Assembly: GCA_951406725.2 (NCBI GenBank)
Contig: OX597827.1
Span: 30,442,001 to 30,506,000 of the forward strand
Source of the DNA: Octopus vulgaris
Taxonomy: Eukaryota
Length of the DNA: 64,000 bases
Reading direction: 5' to 3'
Shown: positions 12,711 to 25,261 of the stretch, piece after piece
Numbering within the stretch: position 1 is the first letter of the stretch
Layout of the letters: each line of letters opens with the position of its first letter
Notes under the pieces: generated by a model
Databases searched by the model: none
What the model was told of the DNA's origin: nothing
Seen by the model: only the letters and a program-made list of their open reading frames with translations
Program-made: the position numbers and the translations under genes

Positions 12711-14167
12711 ATCGGGGTCGATAAATTGAGTACCAGTTTTGCATTGGGGTCGATGTAATCGACTTTATCCCTTTGTCTGTCCTTGTTTGTCCTCTCTATG
12801 TTTAGCCCCTTGTGGGTAGTAAAGAAATATATATATATATAGAGAGAGAGAGAGAGTATGTGTATGTATATAATAAAGAGGTGGTAAAAGTGTGTCATAA
12901 ACTCTTGTCTCTTCCCCATGCCACCCAAAAGAATACCACATGAAAAGAAAGGTAGAAGATTGAATAATACCTATGTCAATAAGAGACAAGGCACAAAGAA
13001 AAGGTTTCCTATATATGTATATGTGCACATGTGTATATACATATTCATACATTTGTTTATAAATATACATTGTGTGTGTGTGTGTGTGTGTCAATAAGAA
13101 ATACCAGAAACATAATTGGTATTTTGAAGCTTTATAATGTTCACTCATTTCCATAAGCCACTGGATCATATTGGTATTTCAACAAAAAATTACAGTATGT
13201 TGTTCATTGCATGCCGTTATACATTCTAATCATACATTTTATGCAGAAGGTGGTACACCAGAATAAGGGTGATAGAAGAGGATGAGGATGTAGGGGGGGG
13301 GCACACATGTACATACATTCATAGATGCCTACATGCATGCACATGTGCTTACACAAAGAATAGAGGAAATTGGAGAAAGTGAGGCAGAAAATCCTGGGGT
13401 TTTAATTATAGTAACTACCAGCAGTTAATGTATATTTAACAAATATATATTTAAAAAATTAATATATATGCATATTTACATTTTAATTTTGGGTGAGAGG
13501 GTAGTGATTATAAACTTTTGTCCATAATGTCCCAATTTCCCTTATCCTCCCTTAACAACATTGTCATTCCCTGACAAACAACTGGAAATGCTCTGTCTCC
13601 TGCCTGTTTGATAGCATCTACCTGAACAGTAGTGAACAAGTCTGGCACATTAGCATAAAGATCCTAGAGTAGACTGTTCAAACCTGACCAGTTTTCCTTC
13701 CCACAATCAGGCAGTACCTCCAACATTTCAGCTGCCATTATCAATTTTCTGTAACATTCCACTTCTGGCAATAATTGAGATGGGCACTGAAGTTCACTGT
13801 CTCCATTCCACTGCTTCCCACAAATAGTCAGGAAAAGTGTCTCTGAAAAACTACTCAGATCTACCTGGAATTCAATTGCATGCTCTCATTGTGGTCTATC
13901 AAAGACAAGATTATGACTTTGTTGCACACTGCATTTCCACCTCAATACTTTGAATGTTTTTTTTCTTTTCATTTTAAGTCTAAGAGTATGGATTCAAACA
14001 ATGCAATATTTATGTCTCATGTCAAAGAAATGGTCAGTACACATTCTTGATGCTTGTATTTCATATATGATGACTCTACAAATAACTTTTTCCAGTTCAC
14101 TTCCACCCAGTTCCTTCTCCAATTGTTCTCTAGAACAAATAAATTCTACAACAAATAAATTCTATAC

Positions 14168-14314
14168 CAGTGGTTCCCAGCCTGTGATCCGCAAAGATAG
14201 TACTGGGGGTCTGTCAGCATGTTAAGCTGCCAGACCTTTCAATACCATGGGGTCCATGGGAAAACTCATTTAAATAAAAGGGGTCCTTGGTAGTGAAAAG
14301 GTTGGGAACCACTG
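14168..14314. mobile_element. hAT (Charlie-type) MITE
   Basis: TIR CAGTGGTTCCCA / TGGGAACCACTG with a perfect 8-bp TSD TTCTATAC. Confidence 0.88.
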
Positions 14315-14579
14315 TTCTATACTAATTTTTTCCTTTCATGGAACACTTCCAATTGTTTATAATTACCTCTATCAATTGTTACTGAATTAATTCACTAATA
14401 TGGTCTTTGTATGCAAAGAACATGCTCACCTTTCTGTTGCTGGGTACCTGTCTTTATAATCTGTCATTATACCAATCATGGAATTTTGTTTGAGTCACCA
14501 ATCAACATGAATTGTAGATATCAGAACACAGAGATGGACAAAATGCTGCTAAATATTTTGTCTGGCATGTTAATGATTT

Positions 14580-15443
14580 AGTGGAGCTGTACAACAGTCA
14601 CCTCACCACAAAAATCGAGCTTTTGGAAATTTTTTTTTCTCAGTGGATTCCTAGGTTTTCCATGACGGAGATTCCGAATATGCAAAAAATCATGTTTTCA
14701 AAATTTTAAATCCTGCCCCCATTTTTTTAATTTTTAACTTTTTTCGAAATTTTTTTTCAGTCTATGTGGAAAAATACAGAAATTAATAATGTGGCAAACA
14801 AAAAATTAATTAATTTCAAATTTTATATAAAAAAACTCCAAATTTGATCCACACACCCCTTGCCACTCAACAAAAAAGGGTGTGCATGTGCAACAATCTC
14901 TACAGCTCACTGAAAATGAATGGTTGAAATAAGTGAAACAAAATGTTTTACATACCCGTTGTATATGTTGGTCTTGTTTTTTTCGCTTTAAAGATAAACG
15001 ATTCTCATAGAAGCAAACACAATATAAAATAATTCTGCAAAAAATCAGGTTTTCAAAATTTTAAATCCCCCCCCCCCCACCACTGGTTTCAGCCATTTAT
15101 TTTCAGTGAGCTGTAGAGTTTGTTGCATACATGCACCCTTTTTTGCTGGGTGGCGAGGAGTGTGTGGATCAAATTTGGAGTTTTTCATATAAAATTTGAA
15201 ATTAGTTAATTTCTTGGTTGCAATACTGTTAATCTCCGTATTTTTCTACATAGATTGAAAAAAAAAGTTAAAAATAAAAAAATTGGAGGTGGGGGGATTC
15301 ATTTAAAATTTTGAAAACATGATTTTTTGCATATTCGGAATATCCATCATCGAAAACCTAGGAATCCACTAAGAAAAAAATTTTTCTGAAAGCTTGGTTT
15401 TTGTGGGGGGAGGGAGGAGGGGTGACAGTCGTACAGCTCCACC
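14580..15443. mobile_element. Long-TIR palindromic MITE with 8-bp TSD
   Basis: Ends (A/G)GTGGAGCTGTAC...GTACAGCTCCACC, with inverted arms of about 350 bp. TSD AATGATTT/AATGATTC. Confidence 0.85.
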
Positions 15444-15999
15444 AATGATTCTTCTAGCTCCTTGCCCTCAAATCATTCATTAATATTAATGAGTGAGATG
15501 TTCTTATGAAAGTTTGCTGCTGTCTGAAATAACTTGACTGCCTGACCCTTGTTGAGGCATAAACAACCAGAAGACTCAGAATAACAGCTTTAACTGCTGC
15601 ACACATCTAGGATTCCATACTATCTAATTTCTGAAAGATCAGCTATACCTGGAGTTCCCAAATCCTTCCAGAACAATCATTTATTTATGTGAGGTGTAAA
15701 CCTTATAGTCATTTAAGTATTTTCTTGCATACAAGTTGAATTTTTCAGATCAAAATTTACAACCCCCCAAAAAAAAGTTGACATATACATTAAAATAACT
15801 TTGAAGGACTAAAGATTCCTTGTGATATGCTGTGGGATTTAGAAAGAGAATGCTGGTGTTTGAATGTTTACACCACAAACTATACCAGTTTGTATGCCAT
15901 AAAATGTGATATATGTTTATTTTTAGTGCTGGGGTATTTATAAATAGCCCAGGTCCATTTTTATAGTTCTATATACTCCAAGTATTGTCCTCAGCAGGA

Positions 16000-17720
16000 G
16001 TTTCTCATTTGGTCACTTTTAGGAGGAGTTGGTTCCTCTCACCTTCCTATTTGCTTTATTTTTGTTTGTAATATTATGAATTCTATCATTGCTATGATGT
16101 TCTCGTGAACAGCAGTGAAGTTGAGAAGTGTTTGTCCAAGTTCTTGCTATTGCAGCTGTTGTTCTTACTTTTTCATCTTGCAGATCAGTCACACTCCCAC
16201 CATTCTCCAGGTGACTTTAGACCTACAAAGTTTTCAGGTTTGGAGGATCTTTCTCTTTTTTCAGTCTGATTCTTCAGATTCAGTTTCATGGATAGATGAG
16301 GTATCTGAGAAAGGCAGATATGTCAGCAAGAGTTTTATTGTTTGTGTTGTTTAGGAGAGGGCACCTTTCACAGCCTTTGTACATGGTACAAGTGTTTGTC
16401 TTGAGCAATTTATTTAGCTGTTTAACTAATTTATTTTGCTTTTTTTTTTTGAGCATTTTAATTTTGTGGCTGTTGATGTCGATTTTGTTATTGTTATTTT
16501 TTTTATTGATTTTATTAGGGAAGTTTTGTAGTTGTTACATGACAAGGGAACTGAAAATGCATAAGTTGGTTAGTGACACTGCAATGAAATCCCTCTGCCT
16601 TTCTGTCTTTTATTATTATCATGTTTTGTATGTCTCCATTTGGAATTAGAATGACATTTCTACAAAGTTTTACATGTAAGAACTTCCATCTCCAGGTATT
16701 TTTCATGTAAGGAAGATTGAGGATTATTTCCCCAGTTCCTCTATAACTTCCACCAAAATTACTGATTTAAATTTGATGGTACATTATGAATATTCACTTT
16801 AGTAGATCAACAAAACATTTTGATAAGAATTAAAAATACTACTCAGGTACACAGGAATTAGAGTGTTTTTCCTATCTCTTCCTAACTTCAGAATAAACTT
16901 CCATTAGCAGGTGAAATTTTGAAACAGCTATCACAACCTCACAGGGAAGGAAAAGAAAGAACACAGAATGATGTTCAGGGAGCAAAAATGTAAAGCAAAA
17001 AACTTTTTCCAGAATTATAATCTCCATTATAGAAAAGAAAGGAATAGTAAAAAAAGAAACAAAAAAAATTATGGAAACACACTGTTTGTCTTTTGTGGCA
17101 CCACTTCCATTCTTCAGGTACTATTTCACTGCAACAAAAAAAATGGTTTTATCCTCGTCCACATCATTTTTTTATCACACAACTGCGGGTGATTGTTCTG
17201 GGATACCAAATGCACCACCTCACTCTCCTGGTACTTTTCTACTCACAATGGAAAATGGCTTTTGCATCCTTGTCATCTTTCTATTCAAACAATTGTAGGT
17301 GAATTCACTTCTCAGTCATCTATTAATTCGACATGTCTGTTGATGTTGCTGTCGCTATTTCGGAGTCACTGTTATTATTACTACACTCTTCTTATTGACG
17401 AAGTTGTAGTTATTTAGTTTCATTAGCCTTGCTGACATTGTCATTCCTTTTTACTATTTGTGTTAACGCTATTATTTTTCTTCTTGGTTCTTTAGTTTCT
17501 GTTGTGGCCATTGTTGTTGGTGATAAGAGAGATTTTTGTTGCATTTCATACCAGCACTTCTCTCAGTCTCACTATTGTACTGCGCCATATCTGCATGCGT
17601 TGTCCAGCGTCTATGGAAGGAGAAAAGCAATTCACTGAGGCAGACGACAGATTTTGCCTAACAGCTACCATGCTTGTCATAGCTGCCTCCCACTGCACCT
17701 CCTTCTTCAAAGGTCAAAGG
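16000..17720 (-). mobile_element. Very decayed LINE-like (possibly Tx1/L1 ORF1) relics
   Basis: Strong T-rich strand bias and weak resemblance to the ORF1 region of the 25262-28754 element. No intact motifs. Confidence 0.25.
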
Positions 17721-18360
17721 TCAATTAGTTTTAGGCACCGGTGACAAAAATGTATAAATAAAAAGAGGCATACGAGTATTATATAAATTTTTTGATTGAA
17801 AAATTGAGTATATTTTGTACATACGAATATACCAGCCTGTGGGCAAGAGTTTCCCCACTTTTGGTTTAAGCATAGATTTAAAAAATTTCTTCCCCTAACA
17901 CTTTTTTATATTATGTATTAAAGAAGAAAAAACAATCTTCGGATTCCCATCAAAGATTGAGAATCTACCAAAAATTGAATTTTCTCCATTTTTCTTTTAT
18001 TTTTTTTTTTTTAAGCAAACTTTTATTTTACAACTATTCCATGAAAATTGAGATTTGAATTTAATAATTACATATATAACACGTATGTATATGATACAAT
18101 TATATTACAAAATCATTTATATTACAAATCCAAAATCGGAGAAAATACAGACATGAACGAAGAAAATGCTGTTTTTAAAAAAATGACAGAAAAAAGTATA
18201 GAATCTCAACTAGATGCTTAATAAATGGAAAAAAAAAAAACCTTTCAATGAGTGCAAATAACAATTAGTGAAAAAGAAAATAACAGCATCCTCATTCCTT
18301 CAAATTAAAAATTTATGATGTTATCTTAATCGCTCATGCTTGAATAGACAAACTCAAACG

Positions 18361-18490
18361 TACATTATTTGCACTAGACGAATATTTGTACTCATCTTGT
18401 TTGTTGTTTCGGCTGATACACCCTCCAGCCTTCATCAAGTGTCTAGGGCAAATTTCAAAGCTGGCTTCTCATTCCCAAGGTATTTTTCAA
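18361..18490 (-). mobile_element. Penelope-derived short repeat with a broken hammerhead motif
   Basis: Minus strand GACAC-TTGATGA-A-GGCTG...CAGCC-GAAAC, with the cleavage-site arm deleted. Same family as 31825-32170. Confidence 0.6.
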
Positions 18491-18581
18491 TATTATTGTT
18501 GTTGTTGTTGTTGTTATTATGCAGATCATAATAATAACATAAAAAAATACCTGCATCTTTTCGGTTTGAACAGCAGTTTTG

Positions 18582-19002
18582 GGATCTTTTCGGTTTGAAC
18601 GGCAGTTTTTAACATAATTTCTAGGTAACTAAAAAATTTTAAACTTCGTATACTGGTAGAATGTATTTATAAAACATCTTTTTCTCTTGGCTTTATTGAG
18701 AAAATTCTATAGTTTTTTGTTGTTTTTTTTCTTCAATTTCTAAAATTTCAACCAATCACTGACGTCTATTGAGGTAAAAAAAACATTCTGTGCCGTATGA
18801 ATATGTCCCTCGTTTAAGAAACAGATTGGGTTTATTTACATTTGTGAAGAAAAAAAAGATACCCTTCCCCCACCCTTAGCCCTAACTCTAACCCTAACCC
18901 TAAAAGAGATTGAAATGCAATAGATCGATACTAGGGTCATAATTATGGGTGACAATTTCATATGACACCGCTAGAAAACTGCCGTTCAAACCGAAAAGAT
19001 CC
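18582..19002. mobile_element. GGATC-TIR MITE with an internal (CCCTAA)n tract
   Basis: TIR GGATCTTTTCGGTTTGAACGGCAGTTTT. An extra TIR copy lies just upstream (18553-18580). Family members occur at 28755, 29924, 31896 and 32172. Confidence 0.85.
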
Positions 19003-19094
19003 TAAAATATATTACATTTGTTTCAGTTAAGTTTTGAAATAATGAGGAATTTAGTAAAATAACTTTGTCATTATGAAGCTGGCGTTTGGAGCAT

Positions 19095-19687
19095 TTTTTT
19101 TTTCCTTTGAAAAAAACTTGCAGATGCAAGTGCTGCCAGTTGAAAGCTTTGCATACCAGATGCTAGCAAGTATAAAGGGTCACCAGGAGAGAATGCGCAC
19201 CGTTTGGGGGGGCCTTCCTCTCAACAGCATCATTGTGCAATCCCCCCCCCAACAACAACAACATCACCTCCCTGAAATGAGGCTCGCTGGCTAGACTAAC
19301 TGGTTATTAGGTATCGCTCAATATTCTAGCCATTTTCATCGTCTCTTTTGAACCAAATCCAGTGGCTTGCCTTCTCCACTGTACTCGAGATATCACTTGT
19401 GGTGGTATTTGCCAAGTTCATTTCCGTATTGGTCATTGGATTTGATTGATTCTTGACCAAGCATGGGTTCTAACATCTACCAATGTGAATCAGTAGATGT
19501 TACAAAACATTACAGAGGCGAGTATTGTAAATCCGTAGCCTCTGCCAGTCTTTCCTGGTGTCAATAGTATTTCCCATTATCAGCTTGTCTTTCCGAGCAG
19601 TCCTCTTGTCTTTTCTAGATGCCTTACCGTCTTTTTTGGTATGTCAATGGATACCACCATAAGTTCTTGGATCTTTGCAAACAACTT
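19095..19687 (-). mobile_element. 5'-truncated HERO/NeSL-like (RLE) non-LTR retrotransposon inserted in a piggyBac-type MITE
   Basis: Minus strand ends STVEKASHWIWFKRD and then a poly(A) tail. It is flanked by a ~17-bp TSD GCTGG(C/T)GTTTGGAGCAT (19078-19094 and 19688-19704). Confidence 0.7.
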
Positions 19688-20299
19688 GCTGGTGTTTGGA
19701 GCATAAATTAACATGAAGCTTTAATGGAAGATTTTAATTTAGTTCACTTTAAAATAGGAACTTTTTGTCACAGAACAAAGCCTTTTAACCATACAACCAT
19801 ACATATACATGCATACACACACGCACACACACATGTATGCATGCATGCATGCACGCACACACACAACATAACTTGATTGGCGCTCTCAGCGCTATACTAT
19901 ATAGAGAAACGAATTTGGTGAACTATTAAGAGAGATGTAAGCACAAACGAAGGTGATAAACATCGCAAAACGACTGAACAGTTAGAAGTCATGCTGTCAG
20001 GCACTTAGATCAGGGCTCGGGGGACTTTTTAACCAGTTACCCCAAAATATATTATTTACTCCAACGTCACCCTCTTGATTTGAAAAGAAGAAAATCATTG
20101 ATGCTTCGAATTCAAAAGGTTTATTGAAACTATTTATATGGAGAATACAATTATAAATATAAAAAGTATAGACATGCGATAAAATAAATTATGAAACAAA
20201 AGGATTTTTCTTGAAACTTTCTCACTTCAGGTTTTGGAGAAATGATTCCTTTTTGTTACAATTACAACAAAATTGGGACATTTTGATGCCAGAGCAATT

Positions 20300-20460
20300 T
20301 GGATGATTACTCTGCTTTGTTTTTTGTTGCATTTATCTAAATGCGAACGAGAGAAGGTATCGACGTGCGGAGTACTTTTACCCGGAACATGCTTAGTAAC
20401 GAATTTGTACTGTGATTGGATCAAACCCCACCTAGTTATTTCTGTCGGAATAAGGAACAC
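20300..20460 (-). pseudogene. Old Gypsy RNase H C-terminal relic
   Basis: ITRWGLIQSQYKFVTKHVPGKSTPHVDTFSRS resembles the RW...Y.F.I.Y.PGK....ADALSR motif. Confidence 0.6.
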
Positions 20461-20954
20461 GTTGTATTATATAATTTTACTTAAGTCTAAGAATTTCATT
20501 TTTACCCCACTTGGAGTAATTTACCGTTTGCCGATCCCTCCGACTTAGATAATTAACATGTGTCATTAAAAATGTGAAAGTAAAGTGCACTCGACCTGAT
20601 GAGTTACGCAGGAAAATGTTTGCTAAATTAAAATCCTAGATTATGCGCGAAATACTTTGGCTCATTATAATTGTGGTGTCGGTGGAGAGGACGACAGATA
20701 AGGGAGGGCGGAAGCAGGGCGCATGCGCAGGAGGAAGCAGAAGTGGTGAAGCAGCACGCACGTGTGGGATCAACGAAGCGGGCAGTTCGAGCTGAGACGA
20801 CGAAGCGACTAGACGCATTGACTTTGCTGAGAGAGATCTGATCTTCGCTGAGGTAAGGCCCATTGTATTTCCTTCTCTTTTTCTGTTGTCCTCTTCATCC
20901 GTCACACTACAAGCTATTTTGGCATATAAATAAAAACAAAAACAAAAAAAACGA

Positions 20955-21711
20955 ATGATGCGTGCCCGTATTTCGCACGAAATTATAAAACCGTTTTGCG
21001 GCGACACGGATGTAATCGCTTGGCTGAAGAAAGTGAAGTTGGTGGCGAAGCTCCATGGTATAAGTGACCTGGCGAGCTTCATGTCGCTGTACTTGGATGG
21101 TCCAGTGTTGGCGCTGTATTTAGAGATGGAGGAGACAGACTAACTCAGCGCAGAGAAAGTGGAAATCCGGTTGATGGAGTCCTTTGCGGAGGGAATGTTT
21201 GAGGCATATGGTCGCTTGGGTAGAACAAGATGGACTGGGCAACAGGTGGATGTGTTTGCCAATGAACTTAGGAGATTGGCTAAACTGGTGGGTTACGAGG
21301 GAGAGTCGCTGGACCGGACGGTTAGGTTGGTGTTCGTGACTGGCTTTCTTGACAACATGTCGGTCGAGCTACAGCAGCTTCCGAATGTGCATTCGATGCC
21401 GTTGGCGGACATCATATCTTGGGCACGCGTATTAGTTTTGTGCAGCAAGACGACGTCGGTAGCAGCGACTGCAACATTGAAAAGTGGCCGAGCTAGGAGC
21501 AGCGGAGAGGGGCCGAAGAAAGAACATGTGCGACCGTTCAAAGGACAGTGTTTCCGGTGCCAAGGTCCAAACATGGTGCGTGACTGTGTCACCCAAGCCT
21601 GAGGTGATTTGCTACCGGTGTCGAGAACCGGGGCATATAGCCAGCGAATGTCTGCGGGGAAACAGACTGCGGGAGACTACTGCGCCGGTAGTTGTCCCTT
21701 CGGACCAGTAG
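20955..21711 (+). pseudogene. Gypsy gag (stop at 21141, frameshift near 21600)
   Basis: Two Zn knuckles, CFRCQGPNMVRDC (degenerate) and CYRCREPGHIASEC. Confidence 0.85.
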
Positions 21712-24488
21712 AGGCGCGTTTATCGTTGCTACCTGTGGTCGACATTCTGGTGGAGGGGAAGATGTCGCGAGCCCTTGTGGACACGGGCTGTACGACAACC
21801 CTGATGACTACAGAAGTGGCAGAGACGTGGAGTGGAGAAAGCAGTGTTAGAGCTGTCGACGGAAGAGAAGTACACTGTGAAGGCGTTACAGATGCACGGA
21901 TTGTAGTGCAGGGACTACAGCTGATGCTGCGAGCGATTGTGGTTGGTCACTTGGTGGACGAGATCGACGTGGTGATGGGGATGGATGCAATCACCTGCTT
22001 GGGAGGTGTCACCGTTAACGAGGCTGGTGTAACATTTGGGTTAGCGGGGAAACCATGCACCGGCGACAACCGTGAGGAAAGGCATGCTGCGCACACCATT
22101 GAAGACCAGGATTTTCGGGCTGTCTTTGATGGCAAGAGGTGGACAGTGGAGTGGCACTGGAAGGGAGAGCCCCCGATGTTAAAGAATAAAGTGGGCTGCT
22201 ATCAGCATACTCTAAAAGGAGAAGCCAGAAGTGAGTTCGAAGGGAGGTGGAGCAGTGGATTAAGGAGGGCATATTGATCCCTTGGGAAAAAGAAGAGAGC
22301 AGAGTCCTGCCACTGATGGCGGTGATACAGCCCACAAAGCATAAGGTCAGGCCAGTGCTTGACTTCCGAGAGCTGAATGACCACGTATCATGTCATACAG
22401 GCGGCGAGGCCACGGATGTCTGCGGAGACACCTTGTGAGAGTGGAGGCAGATGACAGGGGTCTCCACGATTGTTGATTTGAAGTTGGCATACCTATAGGT
22501 GCATGTGGCTGAGAAATTGTGGAAGTACCAGCTCGTCAGGTATAAGGGCTGGACGTACTGTCTGACCAGGTTGGGGTTCGGGCTGAATTCAGCGCCAAAG
22601 ATTATGGCAACAATTCTCAAGGCCATCCTGGGAAAGGTGGACAGAGTAAAAAGGGCCACCAATTCGTACATCGATGACATTCTGGTGGATGAAACCGTAA
22701 TACCAGCAATGGAGGTCATAGGCCACCTGAAGAGTTTTGGACTGATCGCCAAGCCACCAGAGGCAATGGAGGGAGGTGCTGCACCGGGCCTCAAGCTATG
22801 GAGAGACAAGGCCGGTGCATTGGTGTTCTGGCGAGGGAATGAGGTCCCTGAACTGGGCGCCAGCATGAGTAGACAGGAACTGTTCTCTGCGTGTGGGAAG
22901 CTGGTGGATTGCAGGTTGGCTCCGGACAGCATGTAGCTTTATCAAGAGACGAGCCAAAGGAGTGAAGTGGAATGATAGAGTGGGGGAGAAGACGATTGAC
23001 ATGATGCAGGAAGTCTTGGTCAGAGTAGGAGCAGAGGACCCAGTGAGGGGCAGCTGGTATGTTCCCAAATCAAAGAGCGGGAATGTATGGTGTGACGCCA
23101 GTAGCATCGCAACAGGGGTTGTCTTAGAAGTGGGAGGTGTCATGGTGGAAGATGCGGCCTGGCTCAGGAAGATGGATGATTGCAATCATATCAACGTGGC
23201 GGAGTTGGATGCCGTGCTGAAGGGGGTGAACCTAGCTTTGAAGTGGGGGTTGCACACCATAGAAATCAGGACTGATTCGGCCACTGTACTTGGTTGGGTG
23301 ACAGCAGTCATCACCGATGAGCGGAGGGTGTGGACCAAAGGGGCTGCAGAGATGCTGGTAAAGCGTCGATTAAGAATACTGCGTGAACTAACCACTGAGT
23401 TCAATCTGAAGCTGAGCGTGATCTTTGTGCCTTCCGAGAAGAACAGGGCAGACGTCCTGACCAGGGTAAAGCGAGCCTGGTTGCAGGTGCCAGAGGATGC
23501 GAAGCAGGATGTAGCTGCAGTATGCCATCTGAGCGACTCGGAGTTGCGGAGACTGCACACCATGCATCACATGGGTGTGGACAGGACATTGTTCCTAGCC
23601 AGAAAAGTTGACTCCGATGTAACAAGACAGAGCGTGCAGAGAGTGGTTAGCAGTTGTGACAGGTGCCAGTCCATCGACCCTGCTCCGGGCGTACATGAAG
23701 CGGGAAGTATTCCAGTGGACCAGGACTGGAAACGACTGGCGGTGGACATAACACACTACCGGCAGGGGACATACCTCTCAATGGTTGACTGCGGACCGGG
23801 GCGGTTGGCCATATGGAGAGAGATGAAGACGGGGACAGCAGAAGAAATTGTGAAAGTATTGAATGAGATATTCCTGGAACGAGGCCCCATGGATGAACTG
23901 CTTCTGGATAATGGCACTGCATTTCGCTCGGATGTGCTGAAAGAAATGCTTGATGGGTGGAAGGTCAACTGCTTCTTCAGGGCGGCATACCGGCCAAGTG
24001 GAAATGGGGTGGTGGAAAGGCATCATCGTACCATCAAGGCCATGGCGGAGAGGGGTCACATTTCACCAATCGAGGCTATATTTTGGTACAATATGTCGCC
24101 CAGATCAGGACAGGCTGAGGAGTCGGTGCCACACAGGGCAATATTCAGGTACGAGTGGAGGCATCTGTGTACTGCATCAATGCGACCCGGGGCAGAGGAA
24201 GAGCACGCCTTCGTGCAGGTTGGGGAAGAAGTTTGGGTAAAAACCCCAAACGCACGGTGTACATCACAATGGGGAAAGGGGACAATAACCTCTGTAAATT
24301 CAAAGAATAACATCTCGGTCGATGGTATGCCACGCCACGTTTTGGATATACAGAGAATTGTCCATGCCTCAGAGGATGGGACCAGCAGCAGTGGGCAAGA
24401 TGAAAACAACACCAGTAGACAGGATGATGAGGCCAGCAGCAACATGCCAGGAACCAGTCCTAGGGTCGCACTGCGACCACAGAGGTAA
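21712..24488 (+). pseudogene. Gypsy pol (protease, RT, RNase H, integrase) with stops and frameshifts
   Basis: ALVDTGC; RPVLDFRELN, LGFGLNSAP, YIDDI; WCDASS, AELDA, TDS, NRAD; HH-CC, LAVD, LLDNG, GVVER. Confidence 0.92.
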
Positions 24489-25261
24489 CGGCACCCTCCT
24501 CCCTGGTTGGCTGATTATGAAACCAGTTAAGGTGTGAGTTCGGGAGCGGGGAGCGAGTGAGAAAGCCGGTTCAGTGATCTGTAGATCAGGGGGGCATGTG
24601 GTGTCGGTGGAGAGGACGACAGAAAAGGGAGGGCGGAAGTAGGGCTTGCACTACAATAATGCAATGGATATTAACAGGGATGTTAGTTTAGGTTATATAT
24701 CGAGTTGAAAACCATTCTTTAAATTTTGTTGATCCAGTCATGAAAGCATCCATACATAGACTATCGAAGGATAGTAGGCTCCGCTCCAAGAAGAAACTAA
24801 GGTGACAATGCAGAACAAATGATGCTTTATTATGTAAAAGTATGGATCCGGAAATGAAAATTCCCCCCATAAAAAAATATTGGAATGGGTGTAAAACAAC
24901 GGGTAGGAAACGAATATGAAAAAAAAAGCAATGGGAGGGTGGGAAGTGGACTTCGGAAAATTCACAACATCCAAACTTTTCCCTCCAATGAAATTTTATA
25001 GAAATATTTTTCAAGCGTCATACATTACTATTATAAAGAAATTTGTCGAAAAAATCTTTTCCAAGGGGGTGGGGTAAGGACTTCGGAAAATTCACAAAAT
25101 ACCTTTGAAATGGCATACATTAAGACTATAAAGTAATTTGTGGGGAAAATCTTGAGGTGGGTAGAGGACTTTCAGAAAATTCCCAAGATCTGAATTTTTC
25201 TTCGTTATATTCCAAAATCACATTCAACTTTCTACAGATACTACTACACTACGCAGTTTTT

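Larger units (their letters stand above)
20672..24655 (+). mobile_element. Gypsy (Ty3/Metaviridae) LTR retrotransposon, near full length, inactivated
   Basis: 5-bp TSD ATAAT. 5' LTR TG..CA at 20672-20911 and an internally deleted 3' LTR at 24597-24655, preceded by the PPT AGGGGGGC. Domain order gag-PR-RT-RH-IN. Confidence 0.95.
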
